DNA of 64,000 nucleotides, taken from the NCBI RefSeq assembly GCF_009914755.1, contig NC_060934.1; one strand, given 5' to 3'. The notes under the pieces were generated by a model. The model was given only the letters and a program-made list of their open reading frames with translations, was not told the DNA's origin and made no database searches. Origin of the DNA: the human T2T-CHM13v2.0 reference genome, Homo sapiens. The stretch's first letter is position 1. The number at the start of each line of letters is the position of its first letter. A program made the translations under genes and the position numbers. This document shows positions 1-15,057 of the stretch, piece after piece.

Positions 1-1352
1 ATACACACACAGAGAACAATTTTGTCTGGTGGTTGAGGAAATCTTCATTGATTTAAGATATTTTTTGATGAACAGGATTTTTCAATAACTATCAGACGAA
101 GAATGTCTATGACTTATTTTTAAAAACTATTTTCTTCTCTGCCTTGCATATCTGACATTTTAATCTCCTATCTTCCTTGAATACAATATAGAACCTGACA
201 TTTCTTTCCTTTCAAAGATCCTTAAAACATTTCCTACATTTAATCTGAATGTCTTTCTCAGTAATTTTTCTTATACAAGCAATTATGGCTACATTTTCTT
301 AATATAATCATGAAAAAGTGAGCAACTGAAAATTTAATCTGGAGAATATATATGAAACATATTCAATTAATTCAAGTTGTTGTTAGGCTGCATATGTTCA
401 GCTTTCAGTGAAGGTGATTGATAAATGAGAAACTGAAAGAAAACAAACCAATAGGTGTTTTTCAGAAACAGTATTATTAAAATGCATGTGCTTTCTACTG
501 AATGAAAGCAATATAGACTTTTTCCTCGCATTGGTAGTTAGTAAGGTGTATAAAAACGACTTTGTAAAGAACAATTAATATAGGTTAATGAATCACTGTG
601 AAGAGGGGATAACACTTTATTCTAGCAATGATCTGCAAGGTGTTAAAAGTTAAAAAAGATGAAAAACAATTGAATAGTTATTTCATCATAGTGTTTATTA
701 AATTGATTTTCCTGTATCTGTCAAGCTTTACAGAAATGTCTTCAACAGAATAACAGTGTTGGAAGCCAAATGAAATGCATTATGAAATATGATTCTTCAC
801 TTGGTATGCAGGTATACTCTCAGGTGTTAACTCAGGCAAAGAGACAAATTCAATTTTAAAGTTCCATTTGTTAAAATTTGATGATTGTGATTAAAGACCC
901 ATAACAATTCTATCTTTGACATTTTAGTTTTTTCTTCACAGAAGCATTCTACTGCAATTTTCTTAGTTTTCTTTCCTCTTAACTGTGGTATTACCCATAA
1001 ATGCTGGATTTCTCTGTTTTAAGTGTAACAAACCTACAATCAACTATTTCTGGAACACCACTTCAGCTTAACAACAAGGACCCATAAATATTCTAAAAAT
1101 TCAAAGTGTTTTATATAAAATGTTAAATGATACACATAATAAATTTCTAAGTAGTAATTATGATTATGCCCATAATTATACCCATAATTTAAAAATATGT
1201 TACCTGAAGTAAATTATTACATATTTTATGTTGGAAGTATTCATTTATCTTTGATCTCTTTTAACACACTGTACTAGGTGGTAATAAAATAAACTGCCTT
1301 ATTGGGTAGTCATTTATCTTTTGTTTCATATTTTTTACTGGACTAATATTCC

Positions 1353-1523
1353 AACGCTATAGATAGTGAAATATAACATTCAAACAATTTGATAGTAGTC
1401 AATGAATCCAGTTTTTAAAAATGGGATCCATTTTCTAAAATTGAGTATATAGATACTTCATGAAATGTCTTATCATGCATCCTAAACCAAACCAACCTCT
1501 TCCCTTGACTGTCTTACAGTGCG
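1353..1523. repeat. Dispersed direct duplication, copy A (about 170 bp; partner 3796-3968)
   Basis: Shares long identical runs with 3796-3968, e.g. agtcaatgaatccagtttttaaaaatgggatcc and cttcccttgactgtcttacagtgc. Confidence 0.92.
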
Positions 1524-2391
1524 TTATTATTTTATCCACTGCAGCAACTAGCACATTTTTCAGAACCTAGTAGATATTCAGTCATTGTCTATGGAATACA
1601 TGAACACATTCTAAATTTGGACAGTCATCATTCTTGGTGTTTTAAAACAAACACTTCCTGAATTGCACAAACTATTTTCTAAATAGCCCTGGGAATTCAT
1701 TGAAGGAAGGTATGGGTAAGTTGGGGGTCAAACTATAAAGATGTAGGTTCTCCTCTCAAAACTTCTTCAGCGTATCCTCATTGTTGTTTGTTTGCTTGCT
1801 TGCTTGTTTTAAAAGATCTAGATATAGTCTAATGAGAGTTGTATAAATGTGACGTTCCACAATGATTCTAACTTACATGGTGCAAAATAATAAAATATTA
1901 CATTCTAGCTGTTTGTGGAAAATCAGGGATAATATAAAGGATCTAGATTTTCTCTCTCCTCTCCTCCTAAGATTTATTCACTCAGCAAAGTTACCTGGTG
2001 ACTACTTACTGCTAGACACTGTTTTAGATACTTGGGCTATAACGTTGATAAGAACAGGGCTTGAATTAGTGAAAAGTTTATTTTAATTAGCTGTATGGCA
2101 AAATAGGAAACTAACAAAAATAAACATATAACATGTCAGATGGCAATGGCTGCACTGAGAAAAATGAAGGAGAATAAGAAGTTCTAAATTATTATATATG
2201 ACCAATATTACCAACATATTATAGAAAGAAATGAGTTCATAATGTTTATCAGAGAATTTCATGAAAATCACTAAATTTTTCCAGAAAGCCAGGCACTGAT
2301 AAGGGAATAAACAAACAGATAACCGATTTTAATTTGATCTTCTCTTACAAGTGCAGCTATGATCTGCCATTGTATATAATTTAAATTTTAA

Positions 2392-2734
<343 letters not shown>

Positions 2735-3209
2735 AATATTCTTACATTTAAAGATCAGACATCTATCAGATTCCCTTCTCCCTGCTACAAACATTGTATA
2801 CTTTTCCATAGGCACAAGATTTTGTTTTCATTCAGGTTGGACTCAACAAGTATTATTTAGCAGTTCATTGCATTTATCCATTTACCCAATAGAGGAAGTA
2901 TAAAAGATACAGATGAATAAAGTGTAATAATTCTTATACTCACTATTTGCCCTTACATCATGTAAGTGCTCAACTGTACAACATGTTTGTGTTCCCAAAA
3001 CCTAACTGGAAGGGATAACTCAGAAAAATAGAATAAAAGTATTGTATATCTCATACATCTTCATTTTAGAATATTGTAGGGGTACAGATCAGTATAAATA
3101 AAATACTTTGGTAAGTGCCCACCACATCATCTGTTTGTCATCCTTAGAGCCAGATTATACCATTCTCATTAAGAAAGAAAACTTACTACTGTACCTCCTA
3201 CCCAGTAAC

Positions 3210-3273
3210 ATATATATGATATATATATATCATATATATATATTTTATATATAATATATTATATATATATATA
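3210..3273. repeat. (TA)-rich low-complexity tract
   Basis: Imperfect (TA)n run. Confidence 0.85.
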
Positions 3274-3795
3274 AAACATTTGCTACTGGTTAGGAGTAAC
3301 ACTCAGAAAATCATACTTAATAATGTAGTACAATTGGGTATAAATTCACTTAGTATTTTTAAATTTTATGTATATTCATATTTATATGAATCATCATTTA
3401 AAATCATGTCTACTGATCCTGATGGCATTAAAGGCATAAGAGGTACCGAGGATATTAATTTAATTTTGTTTACAGCTATGCACAGATATTTTTAGTTCAC
3501 TCAGATTTAATCCAGTAGTCTATTATTTGATTAATTGTACAGCTATCAAATCATTCAGGACTCCCACTGTTTCAACAAGAGTGGAAAAATATTTTTTCAT
3601 TTATGTTTATATGCAGCTATTTGTAGTCTAAATTAATATTCTGGCAATTGATGGTGAAATTAAAATTATTTCTGTCAGATATGGTAATTTGATGACAGTG
3701 GATAAGCATGGGAGTAAGAGAAAGTTTTGAGGAAGAGGGGATACTTTTTGTTTACTTAATGATTATTCAAAAGATGTTAAGTAAACATTCTATAG

Positions 3796-4078
3796 AATGC
3801 TACAGATAGTGGAATACAACATTGAAACAATTTAATAATGCAGTCAATGAATCCAGTTTTTAAAAATGGGATCCGTTTTCTAAAACTGAGCATACAGACA
3901 CTTCATGAGATGCTTTATCACGCATCCTAAACCAAACCAACTCCTTCCCTTGACTGTCTTACAGTGCATAGGGTATCTCTACATTCTAGGAAAGGAATTA
4001 TCTGTTTATATGCCACTTATAAAATCATACTTAATAATATAGTACACTTAGGCATAATTTCACTTAGCATTTTTAAAT
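3796..4078. repeat. Mosaic duplicated segment: 3796-3968 matches 1353-1523 and 4021-4078 matches 3307-3364
   Basis: Direct visual alignment; the second block shares aaaatcatacttaataat...cacttag.atttttaaat. Confidence 0.88.
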
Positions 4079-4893
4079 GTAAAATGTTAACGAAAAGTGT
4101 TCTTGAAAAATATTTCTGAGAATATTTTCTAAAAAATGAACAAATCGTAACACCTAAGGGATGATATCTTTCTAGTGAATTGATTATCAGAGTATAATGT
4201 GGTATGTTCTGATTATGTTACATAATATTCTGATTAGCAGAACATTTTAAATAAGTGAATTTAGCAAAATATTTAGAGGTTAAGGAAACTGTTTTACACT
4301 GACTATGTTTTCTGACCCAAATGTGAGAAAGAACCCAATAAAAAGAGGCAGCCAGATAATGCTGTTGTTTGTGAACTTAAACAGAAGCTTGCATGTAATT
4401 TATTGTTCAAAGAAAAATAAAAATAGAAGTTATACTTTATTTAGAACTTACTGACAGTGAAAATTACATAAAAAGGAAGACTATTGAATACAGCAAAAGC
4501 TGAAATTATATAGGAAATATAAATATAAACACACAAAATAAGTGTAAATTATAATGAAGTAAAAATATATCAAAGAGAAAAAAGGAAGTAGTACAGTAAA
4601 AAAAAAAAGTGATGCTTTAAAAACTGTAATTAAATAGACAAATTTCCAGCCAGATTGATGACCAAGTAAAGAGAAAAGGAAGGAGATAGATCAAAAGACA
4701 CAAGATGATGAATGAAAAGGGGGTCAGCACTTATAAATGTAGTAGCAATGTAAGCCATAATGAGCACAAGAAAACATTATCAACTTAATTTTGAATATAT
4801 AAAATAGAGACACTTAAAAAAACTGAACAAAAACAACTTACTAGTTTTAAAAGAAAAAAAAGTCATCAAACATATATCCTTCCAAAAGTATAG

Positions 4894-4957
4894 ACTTCAA
4901 AAGTATAGCCCCAGATGGGTGAACAACTTCAAAAGTACAGTCCCGGATGGGTGAACA
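4894..4957. repeat. 32-bp tandem duplication inside a degraded L1-like A-rich tract
   Basis: acttcaaaagtatagccccagatgggtgaaca followed by acttcaaaagtacagtcccggatgggtgaaca. Confidence 0.9.
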
Positions 4958-5085
4958 TAAACCACACTTTAAGCAAGAACTCTCAGTTATAACTGCTTGC
5001 AATTTTAGAGGATAACAGCCACACTCCTGAACCAGAGCTTGGCACCGGCTATTCCCTCTGGAACACCCTTTTATTTCCTTCTCTA

Positions 5086-5518
5086 AGCAAAGACATGGAA
5101 TCAACCTAAATGCCCACCAGTGGTCTGCGGGATAAAGAAAATATGGTATATAAACATCATGGCATACTATGCAGCTATAAAAAAGAACAAGATCTTGTTC
5201 TTTGCAGGGATGTGGATGTAGTTGGAGGCCATTATCCTTAGCAAACTACCACAGGAAAAGAAGACCAAACACTGCATGCTCTAACTCATAAGTAGGAGCT
5301 AAATGATGAGAACACATGGGCACATAGAGTGGGGGACAGCACACACTGGGGCTTTTTGGAGGGTGGAGAGTTGGAGGAGGGAGAAGACAAAAAAAATAAC
5401 TAATGGTTACTAGGCTTAATACCGGGGTGATGAAATAATCTGTACAACAAACCACCATGATACGAGTTTACGTATGTAATGAACCTGCACTTGTACCCCT
5501 AAACTTAAAAGTTAAAAA
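5086..5518 (+). mobile_element. LINE-1 3' end fragment (old primate L1PA13-16-like)
   Basis: agcaaagacatggaatcaacctaaatgccca...gaacctgcacttgtacccctaaacttaaaagttaaaaa, typical of the L1 ORF2 end and 3'UTR. Confidence 0.9.
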
Positions 5519-5599
5519 TGAATGAAGCCTGTCAGAACCACCCACTTTGTAGTCTTACATTTTCCCTAGTATTCCCAAACCCCTTTGCCTAGTCAACAT

Positions 5600-5790
5600 T
5601 TTACAAAGCGCTTTTCATCTTCTACTGTGTTATAATTTATATATTTTTAGTGTATATTTTACACACTTTATTAGAATATGCGTTCCTTCAAGGTAAGGAC
5701 TGTTGTTTGTTTTGTGCTCCCTGATGTATTTTCAGAGCCTAGAACAGGGCCTGGAATAAAATAAGCAGCCAACACTATGCGATGAAAATT
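5600..5790 (+). mobile_element. L2 3' end fragment
   Basis: agaatatgcgttccttcaaggtaaggactgttgtttgttttg...gagcctagaacagggcctgg resembles the L2 3' terminus. Confidence 0.6.
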
Positions 5791-5836
5791 TTTTGGTGGG
5801 TATAAATGCCTTTGATTCGAAACAAAACTCAATTTA

Positions 5837-5838
<2 letters not shown>

Positions 5839-5879
<41 letters not shown>
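5839..5879. repeat. (TG)n microsatellite, about 20 units
   Basis: Perfect TG run. Confidence 0.97.
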
Positions 5880-5880
<1 letters not shown>

Positions 5881-5989
5881 TAAAGTCACCCTAAGCACAC
5901 TGTTAATAACCCTAGAATGACTGACGTGTTCGTATTATGCAATTTTTTATTTTTTTCATCATATTGACAGATAAAGGATTCTAATTCCT

Positions 5990-8150
5990 ATACCTTTTCA
6001 ATAATGCAGAAGCCTTCATAACATTTAAATTCCATTCATGGTAAAGATTCTTAGCAAATAAAGAATAAATTGAACCTTGATCAATTACTTTAAAGTAGTT
6101 ATAAAAGACCTATAGTGAATATCATACTTCAGTATTAGAAGCTTTCTCTTTAAAATAAAGAACAAGACAAATAATTGGCAACATGACTTCTTTTCAAATT
6201 GCACAGCATTAGGGATCCAAGCCATAAAAGAAAATAAAAGACATGTGGATCATAAAGAAAATATAAAACGTTACTTACAGACAATAAAGTTGTCTGCATA
6301 AAGATTATAAGAGAAAGCTAAAAACTATTACAGTCAAAAAGAGACATCAGCAAGCTTGGTGGAAACAAAACAAACAAGTACAAGTTGTCAGTGACCTTTC
6401 AACAACCAATTAGGAAAAATACATATATACGTTAAATCTTAACACTGAAAAGCAACAAAAATATGGAAACAGTGCTTCTTATATGCCAGATTCTGATTGA
6501 AATATTTTACAAGTTTAACTCATTTAATTTTCCCAGTGATTCTTGAGGTAGAGGCCATATTTTTCTTAACTTTAATAGATGCAGAAACTGAAGCACAGAG
6601 AGCACTTGACTTGCCTAAGGTAAAAGTTAAAAGGCGGCAGATGTAGAATTCATTCACAACAATTTAGATCCAGAGTATTTCTTGTGCCCCTGATGATATG
6701 CCAATTCTCTGGACTCTATCACTAACTCTATTAAATGATCAAGAACTTGAAAGAAAAAAATATTTAAATTAGTCCATGAACAGGAAATGTCCAAGTCATA
6801 AACCTAGTAATATTTCCCAAAGATAATGCTTAATAGTGGTGTCATTACAACCAAAATACTAAAAATATGTGCAAGCCAATCTCAAATATGTGGGAGAGAA
6901 AACCCAATACTAATTTGAAGAGGATAAAAGAGCAAGGCATCTCCCTTGCTGACAGAAAGGCTTCTTATAACTACAACATTCATACTGAAATGCTATTATA
7001 CTAGATCTAGCACTGAAACAATCCAGGCCACTACAAATGAATGAAAAATGAGTCCAGAAAAACACAGATCCATATATGAAAATTTGTTTTATAACAGAAA
7101 TTGCATTAACAAATCAGAGGTTAAATTTTAAAAACCATAAAATATTTCAGACAATTAATTATTTATGTGGAAAAAAGTAAAGTTGACTCATTATCCTGCC
7201 CAGTACACAAAAATCAATTCCAGGTGGACTTAAAAACATAATGCAAAAGCAAAACTTTAACATAATTACCAAAAATGTAAGTCATCATCTTTATGGTATT
7301 TAAATAAAAAAAAGACTTCTTTAAAAAGACACAAAGAAAGCAAAACCCATAAAGAGAAAAACTGATACTCTTGAAGATGTTCAAGTTTAAAACTCATGCA
7401 AAATAGCACCAAAAACAAGGTGAAAAGGAAGCTTCACAGAGGTACTAGATAATTCTGCTATGTTTAACTAGCAAATAATTAGTATCCAGAATAAATAAGA
7501 AAGCAATACATCACTAAGAAAGTGACACACAACCCTATAGAAAAATGGGAAAAAATATGAATTGGTAATTCACAAAAGAGAAAACCCAATTGAATACTAA
7601 ATATTATAAAAGAATGCTGAACAAGTCAAACTATTAAAGCAATACAAATTAAATTGCCAATAACATTATTTTATTCCCATCCTATTGAAAACAATTAAAA
7701 ATTCTGAATACCATGTGGTGGTGAAAATGTGATTTCATGAGTATATAGCAATTTGGACAGCAAACTGACAGCATGTGAGATAGTTGATGATATTCATATG
7801 ACCCAGAAATTCCACTATTCTAGAAAATAATCTTGTACATATATATAATAAAATCTATATAAGAATGTATACTGCAACATTTTAAAATTCAAGATTAGAA
7901 AAGCTCTAAATGTATCAAAACAAAGAACTTGAAAAACAGATTATAAATAAATTTATACAGTGGAAGTCAGTAAACTGATAAATCACAAAAACATAAGTTT
8001 GAGTAACAACATCAAGTTGCAGTAGACATGTTCAGTATATCATTTCCACAAATTAACAAAATAAATAGTGCTATATTTTTATGGCTATAACACATAAAGG
8101 AAATATACATATGACTTTCTAGATAGGTATTATTTCTTGTATCTACAAAT
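5990..8150 (+). mobile_element. Highly degraded ancient L1 (L1M-type) ORF2 to 3' end remnant, interrupted by a MIR
   Basis: A-rich sequence with L1 landmarks in order: acacaaaaatcaattccaggtgga, tagtatccagaata, aaccctatagaaaaatggg, atatgacccagaaattccact. Confidence 0.7.
6470..6690 (-). mobile_element. MIR SINE
   Basis: Reverse MIR core: atagatgcagaaactgaagcacagag...gacttgcctaagg. Confidence 0.75.
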
Positions 8151-8671
8151 AGAAAATGGGGTTGCGCAGAGAGGGTGATAGCTACAATTGCTTCTGTAAT
8201 TATTCTCTTTAAAATGATCTGACTCACAAACTTAAGAGCTGGTGGAAATTCAGCACGTTTTTTTTCCTCTTTTTCTCTCCCTGAAAAGCATGGAGGTGTT
8301 GTCACTCTCTTCCTGAGTCCCTCAGTGAGCAGACGTAGAGAAAAATACCCTAACTGATCTGGAAGTGGAAGATTTAAGTTAAATAACCTTCAGGAAAAAA
8401 GACCTTAAACTGTTTTAAGGCACTAATATTAAGGTGGTTTCATTGTTACAGGATAACCTAGCATATGCTGACTGCTATTAGAATTCCTGCCATGAATCCT
8501 AAAATACGTGATATAGTCTTAGTGATCATTGGGTGAGTGGCAAAGCAACTATTACTAAAGCTGAAAGCATGGTAATACATCTTCCGCAGTGACAGGATAT
8601 TTGATAAGACTTTCACCAGCAAAAATATGGAAGGTACATGACATTCCTAATAAAATTGTAGTTCCAAGAGA

Positions 8672-8871
8672 AGGATGGCCAGATTTAGCAAATAAAATTG
8701 CAAGGCATTCAGTTAAATTTGATTTCCAGATATAAAACAGATATTATTGTTTAGTAAAATTTCCATGTGATATTATACTAAATGATTATACATATTTGTA
8801 CTAAAGAAAAACAGTGTTGTTTACCTGAAATTCAAATTTAACTGGTTTTCTGTGTTTTACCTGGCAATCCC
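8672..8871. mobile_element. MER53-like palindromic hAT DNA transposon (MITE)
   Basis: Inverted arms gccagatttagcaaataaaa...cagttaaatttgatttccaga and ctgaaattcaaatttaactg...ctggcaatcc match the recalled MER53 consensus. Confidence 0.8.
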
Positions 8872-9049
8872 ATCAAGAGGGAGATGTTGTGAAATAGAAA
8901 AGTAGCAATATTTCTTGGTTACTATAAAAGTTATTTAACAAGACTTTATAAGGGAACATGAAGTCAGAGAAGGGGGCAAAACACTAGTCATTTTAAAAAC
9001 TAGGTGGGGAAATTTGGAAGTAGAGGTGACCAGATTTCACAGAAGATTG

Positions 9050-9460
9050 TAGGGTGAGAGGAGTATAGAGGAAGCCAATATAATACATCAAGGTTTATGG
9101 TTTGAAAAATGAAATGGAAAGATGGAATATCAATTACCTGAAATGAAGAAAATAGCACACATTTGTAATTTGAGTTGCTTATTAGCACCCAACTAGAGAT
9201 ATCAAATAGATAGTTGAATATCTACCTCTTTGAATTCAGGAGAGAGATTCAAACTGAAGACATAAATGTGGACATTGACAGCATATAGATGACAGTATAC
9301 TAAGTTTATAAAGATAAAATAGTAATAAAAGCTAATATTAACCACTTTTGTGTCAGTCCTTGATGTAAATTTTTTTATGTGTTAACTCACTGAGTCCCCA
9401 CAATAGGTCGATGTAATTGGTTCTACTATAACTACACTCTTTAAAAATGGATATTTTAGT
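9050..9460 (-). mobile_element. L2 fragment followed by a MIR fragment
   Basis: gaattcaggagagagattcaaactgaagacataaatgtgg...cagcatatagatg (L2); taactcactgagtccccacaatag (MIR). Confidence 0.55.
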
Positions 9461-12400
9461 AAAAAGAAGGACTCAATTTATACTCACCCTCAATTTGTAG
9501 CCATTGGTGTCATCTCTAAGATAATTTTTAGTAATTGCCTAGTCAGTGAACCTTGCCATAGTCCTTAGTTATGTAAATTTATTGTATTTTTTGGAATTCC
9601 TTTTCATTAGACATAACGCTTTAATAACATATTTTTAAAATTTTGACTTTAACATCTATATTGTAGTGAATATTTAAAGAACTTCCTCCAAGTTTAGGAT
9701 ACAGAAATGGGTAAATTATGTCTACTCCCTCATATTTCACTATTAAGATGATGGTAAATTAGCAGTCCAAGAGATCATGGTCCTGAAAGTACAGAGAAAA
9801 AAATAGAACCCAGTGACCCAACATAACTAAGGAGCATATTTGAGACATTGTCATTCTTGGTATTTCTGAAGAAGCACTGGGATGGAAGGGAGTTGAGATC
9901 ATTTTGTCAGCCACAGCACTAAATTTTGGTCATGAATATCAAAGTGATTCCATCTTTATGAGGAGCCTGTGCAGAATGGCAACATGCTATATGTATACAT
10001 TTTAGAATGGATTAATTGCCATCTGCGTACCTTTTATCAGGTTATTCTATTTGTTCAGCATGCCCCAAGATCTCTTTTGTACTTTACAAATCTGCACTTC
10101 AATTCTTCTTAGTTCGAGACTCACTTCAACCTACTGCATCCTTAGTTTTCTGCACTTACTTGTTATTTCTAAAAAAGTATACATTATATTATACAATAAA
10201 CATCTAGAATTATACATTTATGTACTATATTCACAGAAATTGGACTTGCCTTTAAGCCCTCCTTTTTACATATATTCCTGTTATTGTCTCGCTGCTAAGT
10301 AATATTACTGGATGGCAAAATAAACCAAAAAACACAAATTGATATTAATGAAAAATATCAATATTAAATATTAGCTTAAATAACACAAATAAGTGAATAT
10401 TGAAATAGATGGGCATGTTAGGCTGGGCAGCTTTTTGTGGGCACAATCATACAATTTCAACTTCAAATTCCATCATATAACAGGATGTTCTATTGGTACA
10501 ATATCTCCTTGTTCACATGAGGAAATTAAGTATATTGATATTCACAGAACACCAATTTTTAAATGTATTTGAAATTAATTATTTTAGGTGTCTCTCAACT
10601 CTCCCAATAGTGCACAAATATGTAGTTATGCTATATACTAATAATTAAATAACTTTGGAAACTCACAACTTCAAAAAAGTGTTCGCTGTTGTGGAAAGTT
10701 TCCGCAGTAGAGAAGGGAATGTGAATGGTATCAGTCTTAGATAACAAGAAAACGACTTTACTTTGTTTCAACTCTACTCATTTGCCATCCAAATATGATA
10801 GAAGATGCTGCTCATTCCTAACAAATATTTCCAGATATCATGCATTCCTTAAAGATGATACTGATTGCCCTCTCTATTTTCACTCACTTTCCCATTACAA
10901 TTAGCAGCAGATTCTTTTAATTATCCCTGCCCTTCTTAAAGCAGTCTCAGATATATAAAAATTAATTGCCTGGAACTCACATCTTTATAATTTTAACCTT
11001 TTCATGCTTCACTTATTTACGGTGACATTTATCTAAAACACTTATCAGGTGACTGCGCATGGTAGACATCTGGTTTATCAGAAAAGGCAGGAGAAAAAAT
11101 AAATGTAGGACATTAAGCTTGCTATGGTGCTTTGAGACTTTCCTAGAAATCGTTAGCTCATCAAAACTTGTTTTGGCATGGCAGAAAGACATGTCCCATT
11201 AAAAGGATATTAATGCAAGATCACCATTGTCATTAAACCATCATACCATATATTACACATTTATGCTGAAAATGGGTTCAAACTTTTTATTCCCTTATCC
11301 TTTAATTATTAGAAGAAACTTTGCAGATTATAGCCAGATAATTTAAAATAATAAAATCAATGTCACTTACAAGGTCACAGGATTTAGTAAAACCCTGCTA
11401 CCCATTTCCTTTTAAGTAACTTCGCATTTTAGAAATGAAGACTGCCTATTCATGTGGCTTCTGTGATTTTGTTAAACATTAATTAACAAAATTTCTAGTT
11501 TTTTTTTTTTTTTCTTCTAGAGCAGTTCAGTGGAATGAAAGACCTTTTTTATCCTATGCCTCTAACCACAACCGGGTGTCTCTACCTTAAAAGATATTTA
11601 TCAAGTCTCTGCTTCATATTTCCTTCTCTACACCATTACAGTCCTCAGCAAGCCCTGCTATCTCATGATCGCAAATCTTGGCCCTTTATTGTTGGTCTTC
11701 TTTCTTTCATTGCTACATGTTAGAATAAATGGTGTAAGAGAATGCTTTTATCTATTCAATTTCTTTCTCTTTGGCTCCTGACCCACTGTCTTTGTTTCAG
11801 AATAATTATCAGTGCCTATATATTACCTTCACATATGAGGCCTTTGTTCGTTTCATTCTTTCCATCTCAATTTTCTGTACATTCGTATTCTCTAAAGTCT
11901 TCATCTCTGTCAATTGTTCCCTTATCTCCCTCAAGTGGACACTGTCGGCTTTTCGTAGATGTTCCTACTCAAAAGAGATCTTGCAAGCCAGTATTTTACA
12001 TTAAGTAATTGTTCTATTTCTCGACTTTTGCTGGCCTATAAATATAACACATATAAAGGTAGCCATTGCAGGCACAGTAAATTATTTGTCTATGAAATCA
12101 CAATGTTTGCCCCAGTATCTTAATACAACTCTCAAATTTATATAATTTTTTAATTTAAAAATTTAAAAATAACTTTGCTTAAACAAAGGCAGTTTGTTTT
12201 CTAACTTATCTATGTGTGTATGTATATATACACAGAAATGTATATGTATACACACATATATATTCATAAATTATTGAAAGTTTCATGCAAATTTTTTACT
12301 TTGCCAATATGCCCCAAAACTTGATATGAAATTAATTATACGAAGGAGTACAGCCTTGTCTTTAATTAGCTAGAAAAATTCTCAGCCCACTTAAATAAAC

Positions 12401-13368
12401 TGTTCCCAACTTGGGGAGATAAATTTAAATATCTTATCTTGGCAACGAACTTATAACCCTTAAAAACATTTGCTATGGCATCTATATATTATATTTCCCT
12501 TGATGTGAAAAATAAGAAACATTTCAGAAAAACCCACAATTAAAGAATATCACCTGGCATCATGTCTAAAAATGTATAACAGTAAAATAGAAAAGATTTG
12601 TGGATATGACAACAATTCTGCTTGCTTTCAAAATTATTTTTTGCTTTGTTTTTTGCAAAGCCTAATTAAATTAATATATGAACATTGAGTCTATTAATCT
12701 TCTCTCTTAAAAATTCAAAGCACTATTTTAAAGTAAATTATCTTAGGAATATTATCTAAGAATGAACTTCATGTGGTAAATACCAGCATAAGTCATTACT
12801 AAATGTGTTTAGGGTATACAATGGAAGCAGAGTCTGCTGCTAGGAAAAATTGACCTTTTGTTTTACAATTTATAATTTATTTAGTGCAGTATTTGAAAAT
12901 CATATTTAGATATAACAGGTGACAAGAGAGCTCTATACTAGGAAAGATAATTTTAGTACTACCATCTATAAAAGAGACTAATAAATATGAAATGAAGATG
13001 CTATAATTAAACTGTAACTCTTGCCCATGCCAGCCCAACATAACTATTATAAAATTGTACATAACTATCAGGCTGTTAATTTAAGGTAATATTGCAGGCA
13101 CTACAAAAAAAATTCAGTAACTCATCAAAACTATTTTCTTATGAAGGTAATAAAAGCTACAATACCTGCCCATGTCAATTATTTAAAGGTGTTCGAAGCA
13201 AATTTCTTAAATAATTTAATTTCTGGAGCCAGACATAACAGTTGACTTTGTGCTCTTTGACATTTACTACTACAGACTGTTGCTAAGTCCAGGCTTCAAG
13301 AACTCTCCTGCATTTATTCTTTTTAAATCAATGGTACAAATTATCTAACTAGCTATATGTGACGACAG

Positions 13369-13529
13369 CAGTGGTTCTCAGTTTGGTTTTAACACCACCT
13401 GGAAACCTGCAAAGTCTCAGGTTTCACCCCAGGTCTACCGAATCAGAAACACTAGGGATAAGCCCCAACAATCACTGTTTTAGTAGGATCTTCAAGTGAT
13501 TTCAATGCAGGTTAAGTCTGAAAACACTG
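13369..13529. mobile_element. MER5A hAT-Charlie DNA transposon
   Basis: Terminal inverted repeats cagtggttctca...tgaaaacactg and internal ctaccgaatcagaaac. Confidence 0.8.
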
Positions 13530-15057
13530 GAAAAGAGGAGAGAAAAAGAGAGAGAGAGAGGAGAGATGGAGACAAATTCCCAGACCATACACTGCACTAG
13601 AAATAGAGTGTTAGGACTTTACAACAGGTTCAAAATTTTAGAGATGAATTATAGCTGACATTTGAACACAAAGGAAAGGAGCCCATTAGTCCAGGGAACA
13701 TCTCTGATTATAAACAACTTCATTTCCTGCTTAGGTATTATTCAAATGTATATTTAACAGTATAATGCTTCTCTACAATCAAGTAAAGCTCAAACAAATT
13801 TAAGATGTCTTTTTTTTTAATGTTGTATGTTGATGAGATTTAAACTAATAGAGGCTTAGCTCAATTGGTGATTAAGGTGATGAGTCTGCCCTGGAGGTGG
13901 AAATAAATATTTCATTAGACTTGTGATGAATTCTAGATAATTTTGACACTACTAGAATGATTTTGAAAGTCTGGATGATTTTTGACCAAATATAGACCCA
14001 AATACAAATATTGTGAATAAAAGTATTGCTAGGATTTAGAAACTTTAACAAGTTACATAATGTTTAAATTCATGATTTCTGTGGGTAATTTGTGGTCAGT
14101 GCTTTGGGGGGCAGAATGTTAAAGAGATTTCTATATGAGATTATGAGTAAAACTTTGTGACAAACAATTTGAAAAAATAGTTGAAAAGAAGAATTCAGTA
14201 GGTAAAGTTAAAAAAGTAGACCTTACTATGAAAAAAAGAGTAGGGATATATAGAAAATTTAGATATTACGAGTTGAATGTGTGCAGACTTCCCAAGATCT
14301 ATGAATGCTATAAGGACCACTACAGTTGATAGCGTAGAGAAACTAAGGCAATATTTATGCAGTGTTTTAGAAGGCCACAGCTCCATTCCATTACTATCTG
14401 ATGATATTTTAGCAAAGCTGGACTCTGCAGTATCCTTTTTTGTTTGAAGAGGAATAGTAGAAGGAGCATTTGTCACTCTTATTTCACCTTCAACTTCTCA
14501 TTATTTCCCATACACGCTCCTGTTACAATTCTTGGGAAATAATTAAAATAAACTTACAGCCTTTTATATGGGTAATTTAACCATATTTACTAGTGTTTAA
14601 ATGATTCAACCACTGCTAGGCTGTGTAGAAAATACAAGTACTGGTAGTTGTGTGAAAGTTAGCTGAGTTTAGATAAGAGGTGGCCTGAAAAGTCAAGTCT
14701 CACTAGAGCACTGAGATTTTAAAACTATTCTCTGGGAACTAGCTAGCTAGCTAGATAGATAGATATAGATGTTTCTCAATAACAACAATAAAGAAAATTA
14801 TTTCTTCATATATTTATTATAATAAGCAAAATATTGACTAATAAAAACACAAGAAAGGAAAAATACTAACAAAAAACATCCTGAATACTCTATATACTAA
14901 AGTGTAATACCAAAATAAAAATTAGACACTTAGCATTTTCTGTGAGATAAAATAGACCAAGCAATGAGCCTCGCTTGATGCTTCATACACCAGGAGAGCT
15001 GGAAGGATGCACAGGTTCAGTAAAAACATGCCAAAATTAACATGAGAAGACATGATT

